Of a stretch of 46,685 bases of DNA, positions 7,333 through 17,029 are shown in pieces. The DNA comes from an uncultured delta proteobacterium (lineage in GTDB: Bacteria; Desulfobacterota; Desulfobacteria; Desulfobacterales; UBA2156). The notes beneath the pieces were generated by a model. The model had not been told where the DNA came from. It did no database searches and saw only the letters and a list, made by a program, of their open reading frames with translations. Position 1 is the stretch's first letter; each line of letters opens with the position of its first letter. Made by a program: the position numbers and the translations under genes. The stretch is taken from positions 1 through 46,685 of the forward strand of contig CAVTQK010000016.1 in NCBI GenBank assembly GCA_963736855.1. The letters run 5' to 3'.

Positions 7333-7344
7333 CGAGGGGGCTAT

Positions 7345-7731
7345 TTAAATGACATCCGCGCCACGCTGAACGAGGAGTTCGCGCAAGATGGATCGGTGGC
7401 AGCGGGACTCCTCCCTGCAGTAGCAGCCGATGGAAAGATTCGTGTGATGAGAGAGCGCGGCGAGCAGATCCAGGTCTTTGCTCGCTTCAGGGGATTTCAT
7501 TTCCGCTAAAAACTTTTTCCTGAAGGCCATCCAGGAGTTTTCGTCCTCTGCGCCCAAGCCTTCCTTTAAAAGCACTTCCGAGGGGGACAAATTGGGGAAC
7601 CAAACATCGTAAAAGTTTTTTGAGGCAAACTCTTCTTTACGAACACCTCGCGGAGGGCGTCTGACGGTCCCGATTCGAAGTCCTTCCCCGTCTTCCCTGG
7701 GGCTTCCCAATCTGACGATTCTGATAGGCAT
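7345..7731 (-). CDS. DUF488 family protein
   Basis: EGLRIGTVRRPPRGVRKE...YDVWFPNLSPS...GCYCREESRCHRSIL; GAGGAG RBS before ATG 7731. Confidence 0.88.
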   Translation of the reverse strand: MPIRIVRLGSPREDGEGLRIGTVRRPPRGVRKEEFASKNFYDVWFPNLSPSEVLLKEGLGAEDENSWMAFRKKFLAEMKSPEASKDLDLLAALSHHTNLSIGCYCREESRCHRSILRELLVQRGADVI

Positions 7732-7976
7732 TTTCTCCTCAATCCACAAATGGAACAGACAGAACCCGGAAGGGATGTTTTGTCAGATCCAGGAAGCGGA
7801 TCAGATATTCCACCAGAAATGCGATTAGCCGTTTGGCATCGGACACTTTTTTTCCTCCCCTTAAAACAAAAAATCACGTAGGGGGCGTCGTGTCAAGGAA
7901 GATATCGGCAACTCCGCATTGACATCTATGCCCGCCGGTCGATATATGCCATGAAAATTTGCATCAAGGAGGGTTC

Positions 7977-9149
7977 ATGAGCGGATCCACCTACGACGTG
8001 GTGATCATCGGCGGCGGAGTCATCGGAAGCGCCGTGGCATACAACCTGATGCTCCTCGAACCCGGACTCAAGCCGGCCGTCTTCGAACGGGATCCTACTT
8101 ATACCCGGGCTTCCAGCACTTTGGGTCTGGCCAATATACGGGTTCAGTTTTCCTTAGCCCAGAACATCCGGATCTCCCAATACGCCATGGAGTTTTTAGG
8201 CCGGTTCGCCGAAGAGATGACGGTTCGCGACATCCGGCCGAACGTCTATTTCCGGAAAGAGGGGAACCTTTTCCTGGTGGATGAGAGCGGTCGGAAAACC
8301 GCATCTCAGGCCCTGGCCCTGCAGCAGGAGTTGGGATGCCGTGTTGACTGGTGGACTCCGGATAGGATCCGGGAGCGCTACCCCCTGTATGATCCGGCCG
8401 GGCTCGAGGGAGGAACTTTCGGCGCCGACGACGGCCACATCGACCCCTATGCCATGCTCATGGGGTATCGGGCCAAGGCCCGATCCATGGGGGCCGATTA
8501 CATTAAAGGGGAAGTCAAGCAAATCCTCGTTGACGGAAAACGGGTGACCGGTATCGAAACGGACAGCGGCAGCCGCGTGGCTGCCGGGGTTGTGGTTAAT
8601 TGCGCCGGCGCATGGGCTTCCGAAATTACCGCAACCGTTGGAATCCGGCTGCCGGTCGTTCCGGTCAAACGGCAGGTGTTCGTTTTGGATACGGCGGTCA
8701 AACCGGAATCCCCTTTGCCCCTGACCGTACTGCCGTCCGGGCTGTATTTCCGCTCCGAGGGAAAAGGCGCCATCGTTTTGGGTAAGTCCATGCCTGAGGA
8801 TCCGGTGGGGTATGACTTTACCTGGGATGACAAACGGTTCATGGATATCCTGTGGCCGGAACTGGCTGCTTTTGTTCCAAAATTTGATCGCCTCAAACTG
8901 ATGAGGGGTTGGGCCGGGTTGTATGCCGTCAACACGCTGGACGGCAATGCGATACTGGGGGAATGGCCCGAATTGAAAGGCTTCTTCCTGGCCAACGGAT
9001 TTTCAGGTCATGGCCTGCAGCAGGCCCCCGGGGTGGGCCGCTACCTTGCTGAAAAAATTCTGGGAAAAACCCCGGCGTTGGATCTTTCCATCTTCGATCC
9101 TGTCCGGATCCTGGAAAATCGCCCCGTCGATGAGAAAGGGCTTGTTTGA
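7977..9149 (+). CDS. FAD-dependent oxidoreductase (sarcosine oxidase beta/DAO family)
   Basis: DVVIIGGGVIG, VVNCAGAW, GWAGLY, NGFSGHGLQQAP. Confidence 0.92.
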   Translation: MSGSTYDVVIIGGGVIGSAVAYNLMLLEPGLKPAVFERDPTYTRASSTLGLANIRVQFSLAQNIRISQYAMEFLGRFAEEMTVRDIRPNVYFRKEGNLFLVDESGRKTASQALALQQELGCRVDWWTPDRIRERYPLYDPAGLEGGTFGADDGHIDPYAMLMGYRAKARSMGADYIKGEVKQILVDGKRVTGIETDSGSRVAAGVVVNCAGAWASEITATVGIRLPVVPVKRQVFVLDTAVKPESPLPLTVLPSGLYFRSEGKGAIVLGKSMPEDPVGYDFTWDDKRFMDILWPELAAFVPKFDRLKLMRGWAGLYAVNTLDGNAILGEWPELKGFFLANGFSGHGLQQAPGVGRYLAEKILGKTPALDLSIFDPVRILENRPVDEKGLV

Positions 9150-9326
9150 TTCGGTTTTCAAGGGCATCGATTTCATTTCATATCTTGACAATGCAAGTTC
9201 GATTTATTAAAGATAATAAATTGTTAACCGTCTTTTGAGGGAAGGAGGTGATGTTGCAAGGCGTTGCGCCATTTTTTGTTTCATCACCTGAGGTGCTTAT
9301 CATCAACCGACAAAAAGGAGAACAAC

Positions 9327-10553
9327 ATGAAGCGTACATTTGCACTGGTCCTTGCTCTGACATTCGTTATCGGGATCGCCGCTTTTGCGTCCAATGCCCA
9401 GGCGGCGGACCCAATCGGAGAAATCAAAATTAAAAAAGACGAACCCATCCATATTTCTTACTGGTTTGTCGTTGCCGGTGAGAATGCCTCTTTGGGGGAA
9501 GATACCAAGCGGGGTGTCGAAATCGCCGTCGATGACAAGGGCGGCAAGCTTCTAGGCCATCCCATCAAACTGACCGGCCAAGATACCGGCTGTAACGCAG
9601 AAGGCGGCCAGGCTGCCGCGACGAAGCTGGCCTCCGATCCGACCATTGTGGCTGCCATCGGGTCCAACTGCTCCAGCGAAGCCAAGCCCGGTGTGCCGAT
9701 CCTGTGGAAGGCCGGCATCGCAACCGTTTCTCCTTCCAACACCGCGCCATATCTGACGGATCCCAAACGTGGTCCGGAATATGACGGCTATCTGCGCACC
9801 GCCCACAACGACAAGGTGCAAGGTGCCGTCGCGGCCCAGTTTGCCTTTAAAAAGCTGGGTGTAAAGAAAGCCGCCACCATCCACGACGGCAGTGTCTATG
9901 CGGAACAACTGCAGGCCGTCTTTGCTGAAGAATTCAAGAAACTGGGCGGAACCATCACCTCCCAGGAAGCCGTGGCCCCCACCGATACCGACATGCGGCC
10001 GGTTCTGACCAAAATCGCCACTGCTAAACCCGAGTTTATCTATTACCCGATCTTCATCGCCGCTGCCGGACATATCACCCGCCAGGTCAAGGAAGTCACC
10101 GGTCTTGAGAAGACCAACTTGATGAGCGCGGACGGCGCCTTCTCACCCGACTTCTACAAAGCAGCCGGTGAAACCGCCGTCGGGATGTTCCATTCCAGCC
10201 CGGATTTCTCGGCATTCGCCGGAGGCTACAAAGACTTTCTGGCCAAACACCAGAAAAAATACGGCGAAAAACCGATCGCCCCGTTCCATGCCCACTCCTA
10301 TGACGCCGCCATGATGGTCTTTGCCGCCATCGAAAAAGTGGCTGTTAAAGGAAAGGACGGAAGCCTCACCATCGGCCGGAAAGCCCTTCGCGACGCCCTG
10401 TATGCCACCAAGGGCCTCAAGGGGTTGACGGGAACGGTTACCTGCGACAAGTTCGGCGACTGCGCGGATCCGCGTATCGCCGTTTATCAACAGACCGCAG
10501 AAAACATCAAAAAACTGGAAAATCCGCAAGTCCCATTCTGGAAACCTTATTAA
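9327..10553 (+). CDS. livK: Branched-chain amino acid ABC transporter substrate-binding protein
   Basis: Signal peptide, QDTGC, IGSNCSS, SPSNT, YLRTAHND. Confidence 0.9.
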   Translation: MKRTFALVLALTFVIGIAAFASNAQAADPIGEIKIKKDEPIHISYWFVVAGENASLGEDTKRGVEIAVDDKGGKLLGHPIKLTGQDTGCNAEGGQAAATKLASDPTIVAAIGSNCSSEAKPGVPILWKAGIATVSPSNTAPYLTDPKRGPEYDGYLRTAHNDKVQGAVAAQFAFKKLGVKKAATIHDGSVYAEQLQAVFAEEFKKLGGTITSQEAVAPTDTDMRPVLTKIATAKPEFIYYPIFIAAAGHITRQVKEVTGLEKTNLMSADGAFSPDFYKAAGETAVGMFHSSPDFSAFAGGYKDFLAKHQKKYGEKPIAPFHAHSYDAAMMVFAAIEKVAVKGKDGSLTIGRKALRDALYATKGLKGLTGTVTCDKFGDCADPRIAVYQQTAENIKKLENPQVPFWKPY

Positions 10554-10600
10554 TGCCGATAAGGTGAAATAGATATCCAGCCGGCTTTTCCAAACCAAGC

Positions 10601-10641
10601 AAGGAGGGCCCGGCGCCCAGAAAGCACCGGGCTCTCCTTTT
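10601..10641 (+). terminator. Hairpin/terminator after livK
   Basis: AAGGAGGGCCCGG...CCGGGCTCTCCTTTT. Confidence 0.65.
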
Positions 10642-10723
10642 GACATCCTTCAATAATAATAACGTCACATTTAGGATGAGTTCAAAAGACTAAAATACAA
10701 TTTCAAAAGGACGGGTAACGCTC

Positions 10724-11785
10724 ATGGGACAACGATTTCATGAGAGGTTTTCTCCTACCGATATCGTCATGTGGCTGATCGGCGGGGGATTGATATCGCT
10801 GGCGATTTGGGGCGCCATCGCCACCCTGTCCGCCGGAGTTTACTCGGCCAGACACTGGATCGACTTCGTCATTTTCGGTCTGGCGCAGGGAAGTATTTAC
10901 GCCCTTATCGCCACCGGATACACCATGGTTTACGGCGTCCTGCGGATGATCAACTTCGCCCATAGCGAAGTATTCATGAGCGGTCCCTACACGGCTTACT
11001 TCGTTGCGGCGGCCTTTTACCGGAGCGGGTTCCTGGACGCTCATCCGATCGTGAGTCTTCTGGTCATTTTCATCGTGTCCATGGCCATTTCCACCGGCAT
11101 CGCCTTTGCCCTGGAACGTATCGCCTATCGCCCGCTGCGAAACGCCCCGCGTCTGGTCCCTTTGATCACAGCCATCGGCGCCTCCTTTTTTCTGCAATAT
11201 ACATTTCGGGGGCTCTACGGCTCCGGTTTCCAGGCGTATCCCGTATTCAAAATGCTCGAAGGCCACTGGACGATCCTCGGTATCCGAATCTTGCGATTCC
11301 AGTTGGTGGTCATTCTCGCAGCCGTCCTGCTGATGCTGGCGCTCTATTTTTTCGTCATGCGCACCCGCATCGGAAAAGCCATCCGGGCCGTATCCGAAGA
11401 CAAGGAAGCATCGGCCCTCATGGGAATCGATGTGGACAAGATGATCTCCATGACCTTTGTCATCGGCGGTGCGGCGGCCGGAGCCGCCGGCGTGCTTTAT
11501 GCCGTCATGTTCAAACAGGTGCACTTCTTCATGGGATTCATCCCAGGCATCAAAGCATTCACCGCCGCCGTCCTCGGCGGTATCGGAAACATTCCGGGCG
11601 CCATGCTGGGCGGGATATTTCTCGGGCTGGTGGAATCCATGGGGCCAAGCCTTTTCCTGGACGGACTGGGCATCGTCGCCCCCTATCAGCTTAAGGACGC
11701 GATTGCATTCACCATGCTCGTACTGGTTTTAATCTTCAGGCCCACCGGCATTTTGGGAGAGCGGTTGGCCGTGAAAAAGGCTTAA
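10724..11785 (+). CDS. livH: BCAA ABC permease
   Basis: GSIYALIATGYTMVYGVLRMINFAH; KAFTAAVLGGIG. Confidence 0.93.
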   Translation: MGQRFHERFSPTDIVMWLIGGGLISLAIWGAIATLSAGVYSARHWIDFVIFGLAQGSIYALIATGYTMVYGVLRMINFAHSEVFMSGPYTAYFVAAAFYRSGFLDAHPIVSLLVIFIVSMAISTGIAFALERIAYRPLRNAPRLVPLITAIGASFFLQYTFRGLYGSGFQAYPVFKMLEGHWTILGIRILRFQLVVILAAVLLMLALYFFVMRTRIGKAIRAVSEDKEASALMGIDVDKMISMTFVIGGAAAGAAGVLYAVMFKQVHFFMGFIPGIKAFTAAVLGGIGNIPGAMLGGIFLGLVESMGPSLFLDGLGIVAPYQLKDAIAFTMLVLVLIFRPTGILGERLAVKKA

Positions 11786-11820
11786 CTCAACTCTAACGTA
11801 TTCAGAGGAACCGATCCGAA

Positions 11821-13509
11821 ATGAATGGCGGTCGATCCATCTGGAAAAGCGCCGTGAACATCGGCGCAATCGGTGCGGTGACTACCGTGCTTCTTTCCCT
11901 CATCGGCATGGTGGGAACCTTCAGCAAGCGGGATATTATCTTCGAAATTTTCACCATGGGCCACACGCTGTTGCTGACCGTGGGAGTATTCCTGTCTTTC
12001 CTTTCCGCTAAACGTGCCTGCCAAAAGGGGCTCGGCCAAGTCTTAGGGGCGACTCTCATAACCGGAACCCTTACGTCAGGCGGCCTAGCTCTTCTGGTCA
12101 TCGTCGGAAAAACAATCAATCTGAGAATGGTCTTTGTCAACGCCTCGCCCGCTCTTTATCAGCTGCTGACCTTTGGTTTCGATGCTTACACCGGCGTCCC
12201 GTTGCTTCTTTTTTCCGGGCTTTTATGCGGATTGTTCGCCTTTCTTCTCTTCATCGCCCCGCCGATCTTAAGAAGAATCCTCATCACGGGCATGAGCAGC
12301 GTAGCTATCGCCGGGGTGCTCCAGGACCTGTTGCGGCCCATCATTTCCATCTGGGGTCCGCTGGCCGGCATCAACGATGTCCTGTTTGCGGCAAACGGCC
12401 TGACCCTGGGGGGCGGACTGGGAATGTTTTTTATCATCTCCATGGTCATGTTTTTCTGGGCCGGCAAGGGAAACAAGATCAAAACAAAAATATCGACGCT
12501 CCCTCCGGGTCGGCAGCGCATGTTGAAAACAGGAACCTGGCTGATCATCGCCGTCATCCTCATCGCCCTCCCCAAGATCCTGGGCCTTTTCTTAAGCGAG
12601 GTCATGACCATCGTCGGGTTATATGTTCTTCTCGGGCTGGGATTGAACATCGTCGTCGGTTTCGCCGGTCTGCTGGATCTGGGGTACGTGGCCTTTTTCG
12701 CCGTCGGCTCTTACATCGTGGCCATTCTGACCTCTCCCGAGTTGGGATTTTTCAACATGGGTTTCTGGTCGGCGCTTCCTTTTGCCATCATTGCCGGCAT
12801 CCTTGCAGGAGTTATTTTAGGCATCCCGGTCCTCAAGATGCGTGGGGATTATCTGGCCATCGCCACCCTGGGGTTCGGCGAGATCATCCGCATCCTGGTC
12901 TTGTCCGATTGGCTGCGGCCCTGGATCGGCGGCGCCCAGGGAATCGGGAAAATTCCAAACGTCACAATATACGGATATGTTTTTTCAACTCCCCAACAGA
13001 TCTACTATTTGATTCTGGCCGGATGCCTCCTGGTCGGCTTCATCTCATGGCGGCTCAGAGACTCGAGGCTCGGCAGAGCATGGATGGCGGTCCGGGAAGA
13101 CGAAGACGTGGCCCAGGCTATGGGGATCAACCTGGTGGCTACCAAGCTGATGGCGTTTGCCACGGGAGCCGGTTTTTCGGCTCTGAGCGGCGCCATCTTT
13201 GCCACTAAAATCGGGTCGGTCTATCCTCACAGCTTCAACGTGATGATTTCCATCAACATCCTTTGTCTCATCATCGTGGGCGGTATGGGGAGCATTCCGG
13301 GCGTGATCGTGGGCGCAGCAGCCCTGGTTGGGCTCCCCGAACTCCTCAGGGAGTTTGCCGAATATCGCCTCCTGGTTTACGGTGCAGCCCTGGTTGCCAT
13401 GATGCTTCTCAGGCCCGAAGGGCTTTGGCCGGAGGAAAAACGGCGCCGGGAACTCCATAAGGAAGAAGAGCCCGAGGCGGTTTGTGCTGACGCCCAGGGA
13501 AGCGCTTAG
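11821..13509 (+). CDS. livM: BCAA ABC permease with N-terminal membrane extension
   Basis: GLNIVVGFAGLLDLGY, RGDYLAIATLGFGEI; 562 aa. Confidence 0.92.
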   Translation: MNGGRSIWKSAVNIGAIGAVTTVLLSLIGMVGTFSKRDIIFEIFTMGHTLLLTVGVFLSFLSAKRACQKGLGQVLGATLITGTLTSGGLALLVIVGKTINLRMVFVNASPALYQLLTFGFDAYTGVPLLLFSGLLCGLFAFLLFIAPPILRRILITGMSSVAIAGVLQDLLRPIISIWGPLAGINDVLFAANGLTLGGGLGMFFIISMVMFFWAGKGNKIKTKISTLPPGRQRMLKTGTWLIIAVILIALPKILGLFLSEVMTIVGLYVLLGLGLNIVVGFAGLLDLGYVAFFAVGSYIVAILTSPELGFFNMGFWSALPFAIIAGILAGVILGIPVLKMRGDYLAIATLGFGEIIRILVLSDWLRPWIGGAQGIGKIPNVTIYGYVFSTPQQIYYLILAGCLLVGFISWRLRDSRLGRAWMAVREDEDVAQAMGINLVATKLMAFATGAGFSALSGAIFATKIGSVYPHSFNVMISINILCLIIVGGMGSIPGVIVGAAALVGLPELLREFAEYRLLVYGAALVAMMLLRPEGLWPEEKRRRELHKEEEPEAVCADAQGSA

Positions 13510-13520
13510 GAGAAGAGGAT

Positions 13521-14312
13521 ATGATTATTCTCACGACCCGGGGACTCACCAAGCAATTCGGCGGTCTGGTCGCCATCGCCGACCTTGATCTGTCGATTGA
13601 GGAAAACCGCATCCACAGCGTTATCGGGCCCAACGGCGCCGGCAAGACCACCCTGTTCAACTGCATTACGGGGTTTTATAAGCCCGAACAGGGCGAAATC
13701 CTTCTATCCGACCGTTCCCTGGTTGGGCTTTCGCCTGATCAGATCGTCCGACTGGGCATCGCCCGGACCTATCAGAATATTCGGTTGTTTCCGAACCTGA
13801 CGGCCATCGAAAATATTTTAGTCGGATTCCACACGCATCTTAAATCCGGGTTTTTCGGGATCGTCCTGGGTACGAGACGGATGAAAAAAGAGGAGGAAAA
13901 GGCGACCGACGAAGCTCTGCAATTGTTGAAATTCGTAAACCTGGGAGGAAAGGGAGATTTGTTGGCCAAAAATCTTCCTTATGGGAATCAGCGACGGCTC
14001 GAAATCGCCCGAGCCTTGGCTACCCGGCCCAAATTGCTGCTTTTAGACGAACCCGCGGCCGGGATGAACCCAAAGGAAAGCCAGGAACTCATGGAATTCA
14101 TCCAAAATTTGCGGGATAAACTGGGGATCACCATTCTGCTCATCGAGCATCAAATGCGGGTCGTCATGGGGATCTCGGAAACCGTATCGGTCCTCGACTA
14201 TGGCAGGAAGATCGCGGAGGGAACTCCCGCCCAGATCCAAAAAGACCCGCACGTCATCGAGGCCTACCTGGGCCGGGGAAGCAGCCGGGCAGCCACCGGA
14301 ACCAATGGATAA
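13521..14312 (+). CDS. livG: BCAA ABC ATPase
   Basis: GPNGAGKTT, LPYGNQRRLEIARAL, LLLLDEPAAG. Confidence 0.95.
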   Translation: MIILTTRGLTKQFGGLVAIADLDLSIEENRIHSVIGPNGAGKTTLFNCITGFYKPEQGEILLSDRSLVGLSPDQIVRLGIARTYQNIRLFPNLTAIENILVGFHTHLKSGFFGIVLGTRRMKKEEEKATDEALQLLKFVNLGGKGDLLAKNLPYGNQRRLEIARALATRPKLLLLDEPAAGMNPKESQELMEFIQNLRDKLGITILLIEHQMRVVMGISETVSVLDYGRKIAEGTPAQIQKDPHVIEAYLGRGSSRAATGTNG

Positions 14313-14326
14313 GGAATCAACGCAAT

Positions 14327-15037
14327 ATGGCGATGCTGGAAATCGATAAGATCGACGCCTATTATGGAAACATCCATGCCCTCAAGGGCGTATCTCTGAA
14401 TGTCGAAAAGGGAGAGATCGTCACGATGATCGGCGCCAACGGCGCCGGCAAGACCACCACCCTGAAAGTCACCAGCGGGCTTCTCCGCCCTCGAAGAGGA
14501 GCTGTCCGGCTGAACGGGGAAGACCTGACCCGCCTGCCGGCCCATCAGATCGTCAGCAAAGGCGTGGTCCAGGTCCCCGAGGGACGTCGTATTTTCGGGC
14601 AGCTCACTGTATTGGAAAACCTGGATATGGGGGCATTTTCCTGCCGGAATCCGAGTCAGATCAAAACAAATATGGAACGTGTTTTCACGTTATTTCCCCG
14701 CCTCAAGGAGCGCTCCCGTCAGGTGGCCGGAACCCTCAGCGGCGGGGAACAACAGATGCTCGCCATCGGGCGGGCATTGATGACCAATCCGAGCCTCCTC
14801 CTATTGGATGAACCTTCGATGGGCTTGGCTCCGGTTTTGGTGGACAGCATCTTCGATACGATCCGCCGGCTGCATGCCGAAGGCACCACGATTCTGGTGG
14901 TGGAACAAAACGCCCGAATCGCCCTTCAGGTGGCCGGCCGTGGGTATGTCTTGCAGACCGGCGTGGTGGTCTTGAGCGACACGGCCAAGAACCTGGCCGA
15001 AAACGAAATGGTGCGTAAAGCCTACCTGGGGGAATAG
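14327..15037 (+). CDS. livF: BCAA ABC ATPase
   Basis: GANGAGKTT, LSGGEQQMLAIGRAL. Confidence 0.95.
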   Translation: MAMLEIDKIDAYYGNIHALKGVSLNVEKGEIVTMIGANGAGKTTTLKVTSGLLRPRRGAVRLNGEDLTRLPAHQIVSKGVVQVPEGRRIFGQLTVLENLDMGAFSCRNPSQIKTNMERVFTLFPRLKERSRQVAGTLSGGEQQMLAIGRALMTNPSLLLLDEPSMGLAPVLVDSIFDTIRRLHAEGTTILVVEQNARIALQVAGRGYVLQTGVVVLSDTAKNLAENEMVRKAYLGE

Positions 15038-15108
15038 GCGAAAATCCCCGTATTTCTCCTTCTTCAATACCCCTGCGTTTTCCCGAAACGGATCCCCAAA
15101 GTGACGAT

Positions 15109-15332
15109 TTTGACGAAATCGTAAAAAGCGATTTTTGCTCGCTTCGTGATGCATTTTCGGGAGATGCTCACGACTTCGTACGTCGAACTTTCGAACGAAC
15201 TGCGGCGCAATCGGACCTCAAAGGGTCAGCTTGGCAAATTATTAACGCTGCAGCCGTTCGGACATCGTCTTGGTTTCCGAAAATGCTCCAAATCTCGGCT
15301 TGCAACAAATCTTTTTACGAAGACCGATCAAT
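15109..15332. repeat. Intergenic palindromic/MITE-like element
   Basis: Ends TTGACGAAATCGTAAAAAG / CTTTTTACGAAGACCGATCAA; inner IR GCATTTTCGG / CCGAAAATGC; lies between convergent genes. Confidence 0.65.
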
Positions 15333-15340
15333 TTTGAAAC

Positions 15341-15958
15341 TTAGCCGATCACACCGACAAGAGCGAGCACTCCGAAACTTACGATGATAATACCGGCCAA
15401 CCGGTTCACCCATAACAGCCGCTCCGGATCAAACCGCAAACGAAACAGCCCCACTCCCCCGGAAAGAAGGAACCACCAGAGGGTCGACCCGGAAAAGACT
15501 CCGGCCACCAGAAGCCCCGCGGACAGAAAATCCCCTTTTGCCGAAGCGATCCCCAGGCCGGAAAATATGGCCACAAAGGAAAGTATCGTCATGGGATTGG
15601 TCATGGTGAGGATAAAAGTGGAAACATAGGCAGATAAAAGTCCGTTGCCGCCGGCCATGGCAGCCTGGGAAGCGGGCCGCGCCAAGAGGGTTCGAATTCC
15701 GAGGCAGCATAAAAAAAGGCCGCCGCCAACCCGGAGCCACATTTGAAGGCCGATTAAAACATCGGAGATGACCGTCAGGCCGAACCCGGCGATGCAGCCG
15801 TAGACGGCGTCGGCGGTGGCGGCCCCCAGTCCCGAAATCAGGCCGGCCGCTTTTCCGTCGGCCAGTGTCCGCCGGATGCACAGTACTCCGATGGGTCCCA
15901 CCGGCGCGGCAATGGAGAATCCGATGATAACTCCTTTGATAAAAAATCCGTATCCCAT
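15341..15958 (-). CDS. LysE family translocator
   Basis: IAAPVGPIGVLCIRRTL, GLGAATADA, LTMTNPMTILSF. Confidence 0.92.
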   Translation of the reverse strand: MGYGFFIKGVIIGFSIAAPVGPIGVLCIRRTLADGKAAGLISGLGAATADAVYGCIAGFGLTVISDVLIGLQMWLRVGGGLFLCCLGIRTLLARPASQAAMAGGNGLLSAYVSTFILTMTNPMTILSFVAIFSGLGIASAKGDFLSAGLLVAGVFSGSTLWWFLLSGGVGLFRLRFDPERLLWVNRLAGIIIVSFGVLALVGVIG

Positions 15959-15959
15959 T

Positions 15960-16889
15960 TTATCTCTTTGCCTCTGTGAACCGGCAGTGCTTCCCCTGCC
16001 ATGAATCCCGCTTCTCCAGAGTTTCCCGAATCCCGGCAAGGGTTCCGGCCTTGTCCCGGCACCAATCGGGCGCCACCAGTTCTTCGGGATGGGGATCCCC
16101 TGTCAGGCGCTGGATCACTACCTCGGCAGGGATGCGCTCCAAGAAATCGCACGCCAAGTCCACGTAGGTTTCTTGGCTCAAGGGGATATATTCCTTTCTT
16201 TTGAAAAGCGTCTCCAGTCTTGTCCCTCTCACCACATAAAGAAGATGAATTTTCACGCCGTTTACTCCACATTCGGAAACGGCATCGGCGGTGCGCATCA
16301 TGTGAGATCGGTCCTCTCCAGGAAGCCCCAGGATGACATGGGCGCAGGTCGCAATTCCCCTTTTCCGGGTCATTTGGACGGCATCCTTGAAACAGGCAAA
16401 ATCATGTCCCCGGTTGATGCGGGAAAGGGTCGCATCGTCGGCCGATTGAAGTCCGTACTCAATCCAGACGAGATGGGTTTTCAGATACCGCTCCAAAAGA
16501 TCGAGCACTTCATCTCCAACGCAGTCGGGCCGGGTCCCTATGGATATTCCAACGACGTCGTCCGATAAAAGGGCTTCGTCGTAGGCGGCTTTCAGCCGAT
16601 TAATCGGCCCATAGGTATTAGTAAACGCCTGAAAATAGGCGATGAATTTTTTTGCACCGTAGCGGTGGGAAAGGCGTTTCTTCCCTTCCTTCATCTGTTC
16701 CGTGATGCTCATGCCCCGCTCATGAGCGCCGGTTCCGGATCCTTTGCAGTTGCAAAAGACACACCCTTCCCTCGACAGGGTACCGTCCCGGTTGGGGCAG
16801 GAAAAGCCCGCATCCAGGGTGATCTTCTGGACCCGGCACCCGAACCGGTTCTTCAGATAGGTGTTGAGATCATGGTATCGTTTTTCCAT
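15960..16889 (-). CDS. TIGR01212 (YhcC-like) radical SAM protein
   Basis: DAGFSCPNRDG...GCVFC, YFQAFTNTY, IGTRPDC. Confidence 0.93.
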   Translation of the reverse strand: MEKRYHDLNTYLKNRFGCRVQKITLDAGFSCPNRDGTLSREGCVFCNCKGSGTGAHERGMSITEQMKEGKKRLSHRYGAKKFIAYFQAFTNTYGPINRLKAAYDEALLSDDVVGISIGTRPDCVGDEVLDLLERYLKTHLVWIEYGLQSADDATLSRINRGHDFACFKDAVQMTRKRGIATCAHVILGLPGEDRSHMMRTADAVSECGVNGVKIHLLYVVRGTRLETLFKRKEYIPLSQETYVDLACDFLERIPAEVVIQRLTGDPHPEELVAPDWCRDKAGTLAGIRETLEKRDSWQGKHCRFTEAKR

Positions 16890-17029
16890 ATGTTATGCCT
16901 TAAAGACATATGAGTTTCCGGTTTTCATGTCACGGGAAAATATGGAAGCTGCCCAGACTTGATTTGCCGGACCACCGATTATATACATGAAGCAAAGATG
17001 ATGGGAAACCGGAAAACACGGATGATCCG

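Noticed and set aside
12225..13208. Long alternative-frame ORFs over livM, ccsA and carB
   Set aside because: Arg/Pro-rich frame shadows typical of GC-rich coding DNA.
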